Program-made: the position numbers and the translations under genes
Virus record (IMG/VR): IMGVR_UViG_3300050120_000279
Reading direction: 5' to 3' (one strand)
Length of the DNA stretch: 64,000 nucleotides
Source of the DNA: a virus
Lineage: Duplodnaviria > Heunggongvirae > Uroviricota > Caudoviricetes
Notes under the pieces: generated by a model
The model's database searches: none
Seen by the model: the letters and a program-made list of their open reading frames with translations, nothing else
Told to the model about the DNA's origin: nothing
In this document: piece after piece, positions 61,256 to 64,000 of the stretch
Layout: every line of letters starts with the position of its first letter
Numbering within the stretch: the stretch's first letter is position 1

Positions 61256-61905
61256 TCCACTACCTCCTTGGTGAGTTTCTTGTAGAGACGAGCGGCCGCT
61301 GACTTGGGGGCATACTCGAAGATGCTCTGCCCTGTTCCACCGAACTCGGCGATCGCCGCGGCGTCAGGGATCTCAGTGGTCAGGATCGATGTGTTGTGGT
61401 GGCTACTGAACAGACGCAGTAGGTTGGCACGTGCATCTTTATCTATCGATCGGGAGACATGCTTGGCATTGACGAACAGGAGAAATCTGGTCGATGCATG
61501 CCGGCTCTGTACTCCCTTCACGAATTTGGCCAGGGCCTTAGTTGCCTCGAAGTCAAATGCGGTTGCACGCACCGGACACAGAACAGCATCACTCGACTCG
61601 ACTGCGGTCTGTGTAATGTCGAGAATGTTGCCTGGGCAGTCGACCAGGACGACGTCTAGCGAGGAGTTGGCCCGCTGACGCTGTAGCTCGTCTTCCAACA
61701 TGCCTTGGGGGATGGATGTGACACTGAATGCAGGGAGGTCTGTCTTGTCGCGGATCAGGCTCCACTTACGGAAGGTGGCCTGTGGGTCGGTGTCGATGAC
61801 TGCCACCTTGTACCCAGACCCAAGCAGGGCCGCCGCCACGTTGATGGCTGTGGTGGTTTTCCCCGGTCCGCCCTTCTGGTTAGCTACGCTTATGATTGTG
61901 GCCAT
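61225..61905 (-). CDS. parA: ParA partition ATPase
   Basis: Deviant Walker A VANQKGGPGKTTTAIN, IDTDPQ, VVLVDCPG motifs. Confidence 0.85.
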   Translation of the reverse strand: MATIISVANQKGGPGKTTTAINVAAALLGSGYKVAVIDTDPQATFRKWSLIRDKTDLPAFSVTSIPQGMLEDELQRQRANSSLDVVLVDCPGNILDITQTAVESSDAVLCPVRATAFDFEATKALAKFVKGVQSRHASTRFLLFVNAKHVSRSIDKDARANLLRLFSSHHNTSILTTEIPDAAAIAEFGGTGQSIFEYAPKSAAARLYKKLTKEVVECLKATPVSA

Positions 61906-61970
61906 ACACAGGACTATATCCAGCCTCGGAGCTGCTGGGGAGTGCAAGGGAAGGTACACGGTCGTACTCA

Positions 61971-62061
61971 TGTGTCCAGACACACAGACACACGGACGCA
62001 TAGACACATGGATATCTGCGCGCTCCCTCTCCTACCCAAGGCGTTGGGTGTGGAGAGGGGC
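61971..62061. repeat. candidate parC-like centromere/operator region: palindrome TGTGTC-CA-GACACA, three direct AGACACA repeats (61978, 61986, 62002) and nested palindrome CCCTCTCC-ACCCAA-GGCG-TTGGGT-GGAGAGGG
   Basis: Read directly; upstream of the minus-strand parA start. Confidence 0.35.
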
Positions 62062-62455
62062 CAGCAGTGAAGCGCCGGGGAGCGCTACCTCACGAGGAAC
62101 AGTCCGTGTCGGTTGATGTTGGGCCGCGAGCGCAGCATCCGGTCAATCAACACACGACGGTAGCTCAACCTGTTGAAGTCTGAGTTGATACGTGCAAGCT
62201 CCGCCTGCAACATAGTGACGACGGAAGCTGTACTCGATATCTCTTTCATGAATCCAAGGTAAAAGGGAATTCGTAACCGCAGTATCAACAAACCTGAGGA
62301 GCTAGGACCAGAGAATCCCTTAGTGTGCTAATGTAAGGCTGTGCAGTAACCGTGCAACTTCCCCTACAGCGCTGCGTCCTACCCTAGTTGTTTATAAGTC
62401 CTTACAGGACAATGATTTACTGCATTTCCTATTCTGCTTTATTCGAGACCACTCA

Positions 62456-63085
62456 ATGGCCTATTTAGCTAGCACTCAACGTATTGTCGTGGCCGCAGCG
62501 GCACTCTTCGCAAAGAAGGGTTTCCGCGATACCGCGACGCGCGAGATCGCCAAGTATGCTGGAGTTAATCAGACGACCATCTTCCGACAGTTCAAAGGAA
62601 AGCACGAATTGAGTCTGGCAGCTATCGACCACCTGGCGACGGAAGCAAACTTTCACGCCCGGCTGGAGAAGGCGATCAATCAGTGCCGGCCAGAGAGTCC
62701 GGCTTCGGCTATGGCCATTGTCGAATTCTTCATAGATATTTATCAGAAGAACAACGACTTCGTAATGATCGTATGGAACGCCATCGTCGAGCGACAAGAT
62801 CCCTCTGCTGACAAAGATCTTCGTGGAGACGTTCGAATGAAGTACACGATCCCACTTCGACAGTTTCTTCAGAAGTTCTGTCAATCCAGTACAGATGCCG
62901 GTTACCTTGTGGGTGATCCTGACCTGAATTCAGAAGTACTTTACGGTCTCGTCATTTATATGCTGCAGAACAATCTTGTTCGACAATACAATTCCGATGG
63001 ACCAACGAGAATGGGCCAGGGAATAAAGACCCTGGCCCAGCAGATTGTGTATCAGTGGTTGAATGGTTGTGGAGTTCGGTCTTAG
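62456..63085 (+). CDS. TetR-family transcriptional regulator
   Basis: N-terminal HTH AAALFAKKGFRDTATREIAKYAGVNQTTIFRQFKGKHEL. Confidence 0.8.
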   Translation: MAYLASTQRIVVAAAALFAKKGFRDTATREIAKYAGVNQTTIFRQFKGKHELSLAAIDHLATEANFHARLEKAINQCRPESPASAMAIVEFFIDIYQKNNDFVMIVWNAIVERQDPSADKDLRGDVRMKYTIPLRQFLQKFCQSSTDAGYLVGDPDLNSEVLYGLVIYMLQNNLVRQYNSDGPTRMGQGIKTLAQQIVYQWLNGCGVRS

Positions 63086-63372
63086 GAACCTGAAGGTGGA
63101 ATGACGGTCTGAGATACATCGGCGCCGGGAGGGCTAAAGCCGAGGTACGTGGAAAGCGCTGTCCACAGACTCGTTACCGAAGCGGTGACTTTTGCCAGGA
63201 GACCTTCCAGGGTCAACACACTTTGCGTGAGATCTACTTTGAGACCATTGATTCGGGCATTGGTCTGAGTGGTGAAGCCGACAGCGGGAGCGATGAGACC
63301 TTGGCCATCAAGCATAGAAACACGGACAGCGAGGTTATTGAGCTGAGTCTGGAGATCAGGAGTCTGGGACAT
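63082..63372 (-). CDS. hypothetical protein
   Basis: 96 aa ORF downstream of the Gly-rich gene on the minus strand. Confidence 0.35.
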   Translation of the reverse strand: MSQTPDLQTQLNNLAVRVSMLDGQGLIAPAVGFTTQTNARINGLKVDLTQSVLTLEGLLAKVTASVTSLWTALSTYLGFSPPGADVSQTVIPPSGS

Positions 63373-63382
63373 GGGTTCCTTC

Positions 63383-63952
63383 TTACTGGTGCATTAGTTG
63401 CGCTTCACGACCCAAATATCGGCGTGCGTTGAGCAGGGAACCGGAGAGTTCCTGCTCAGCCTTTTGACGCATGTTGTAGGCAGGGAGAGTATCGGTGTAG
63501 CCGCCGAATCGGATGGACTGACTACCTGTTGCTTTAATCTTATTGATGAGTCTGGTTGTGCCCGTTCGAGCCAATACGTCGCCCGCCATTGACCCAATAC
63601 CATCGCCTATGACACCACCAACGAAGGTGCCGACACCCGGGGCAATGAAGGTCCCGATGGTCTCGCCGACGGTTGCGCCCACAGCATACCCGCCCATGCC
63701 GACTGCTTGAGCAGCCACTGCGCTAGCGCCTGCAGTGAACATGTTTCCACGCGCCGCCATGCCGCTGGAGATGCCAACGTCTGTTAGCCCCAGAGAGAAT
63801 GTGGCCCAGTTGAGGGGGTTCTTTCCTCCACCGGCTCCGCGGCTCAGGACTTCGATCGCAGTATCGAAGAGATCAAACTTCTGGCCAGTGGTGGTATTCG
63901 CCAGAAGCCCATCGTCTTTCGGATCCTTATGTTTGTTCCGACGCCACAGCAT
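63383..63952 (-). CDS. glycine-zipper (GxxxG-repeat) membrane-active protein, bacteriocin/microcin-like candidate
   Basis: Central segment of repeated G/A-x3-G motifs (GTFIAPGVGTFVGGVIGDGIGSMAG); charged N-terminus ending in GAGGG; no signal peptide. Confidence 0.35.
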   Translation of the reverse strand: MLWRRNKHKDPKDDGLLANTTTGQKFDLFDTAIEVLSRGAGGGKNPLNWATFSLGLTDVGISSGMAARGNMFTAGASAVAAQAVGMGGYAVGATVGETIGTFIAPGVGTFVGGVIGDGIGSMAGDVLARTGTTRLINKIKATGSQSIRFGGYTDTLPAYNMRQKAEQELSGSLLNARRYLGREAQLMHQ

Positions 63953-64000
63953 GCTATTATCCTTTTGCCATGAAGAACCGAAGACAATCTATTCAGCAGG

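Noticed and set aside
59168-62010. Iterons and AGACACA repeats as possible CRISPR array
   Set aside because: Repeats are 7-15 bp with 8-44 bp spacings, no uniform spacer length and no cas genes. Features fit plasmid origin and centromere sites instead.
62085-62291. 68-aa minus-strand ORF between parA and tetR as a possible small regulator or antitoxin
   Set aside because: No recognisable motif or RBS, and it overlaps the palindromic or operator region. Kept as unannotated.

Overview
The window is one contiguous molecule with two very different parts. Positions 1 to about 56,100 hold a dense, almost entirely plus-strand block of genes for DNA replication, recombination and nucleotide metabolism, typical of a large virulent-type (T4/SPO1-like) phage. 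Positions 56,100 to 64,000 carry a plasmid-style maintenance module, which makes the whole molecule a phage-plasmid candidate.

The phage-type block encodes:
- Replication: ATP-dependent DNA ligase, RecD-like helicase, DnaN-like sliding clamp and clamp loader, a family-A DNA polymerase split into two genes by an inserted ORF, a T7 gp4-like primase-helicase, an SNF2-type helicase, SSB, RNase H, HU and UDG.
- Recombination: a Rad52-like annealing protein, a RecA/UvsX-like recombinase and a RuvC-like resolvase.
- Nucleotide metabolism: NrdA, NrdB, NrdG, Tmk, MazG and two Ndt-like genes.
- RNA genes: tRNA-Leu(GAG), tRNA-Arg(TCT) and a predicted amber-suppressor tRNA(CUA), plus a lone tRNA 3' fragment.
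- Putative counter-defence and RNA-repair genes: a CCA-adding enzyme, a PTH2 peptidyl-tRNA hydrolase, a NADAR/DUF2493 pair, a Lar-like anti-restriction protein and a Cdc123-like ATP-grasp enzyme.
- Other notable items: three HNH homing endonucleases sitting in AT-rich islands, a 44-codon polyacidic micro-ORF between nrdA and nrdB, and an exact 11-mer (AGCTTTGGCTG) found immediately after three stop codons.

The plasmid-type module contains a LuxR-type response regulator, a recombinase-like remnant beside a perfect 14-bp hairpin, an RHH regulator with a symmetric TTATAGCG operator array, four 15-bp iterons phased at 22 bp next to a RepA-like initiator, a ParA/ParG partition pair with an upstream AGACACA repeat cluster, a TetR regulator and a glycine-zipper bacteriocin-like protein.

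No CRISPR array, integrase or virion structural genes were found. All functional calls are inferences from motifs read by eye, with no database searches run. Non-CDS coordinates were counted by hand and may be off by 1-2 nt.
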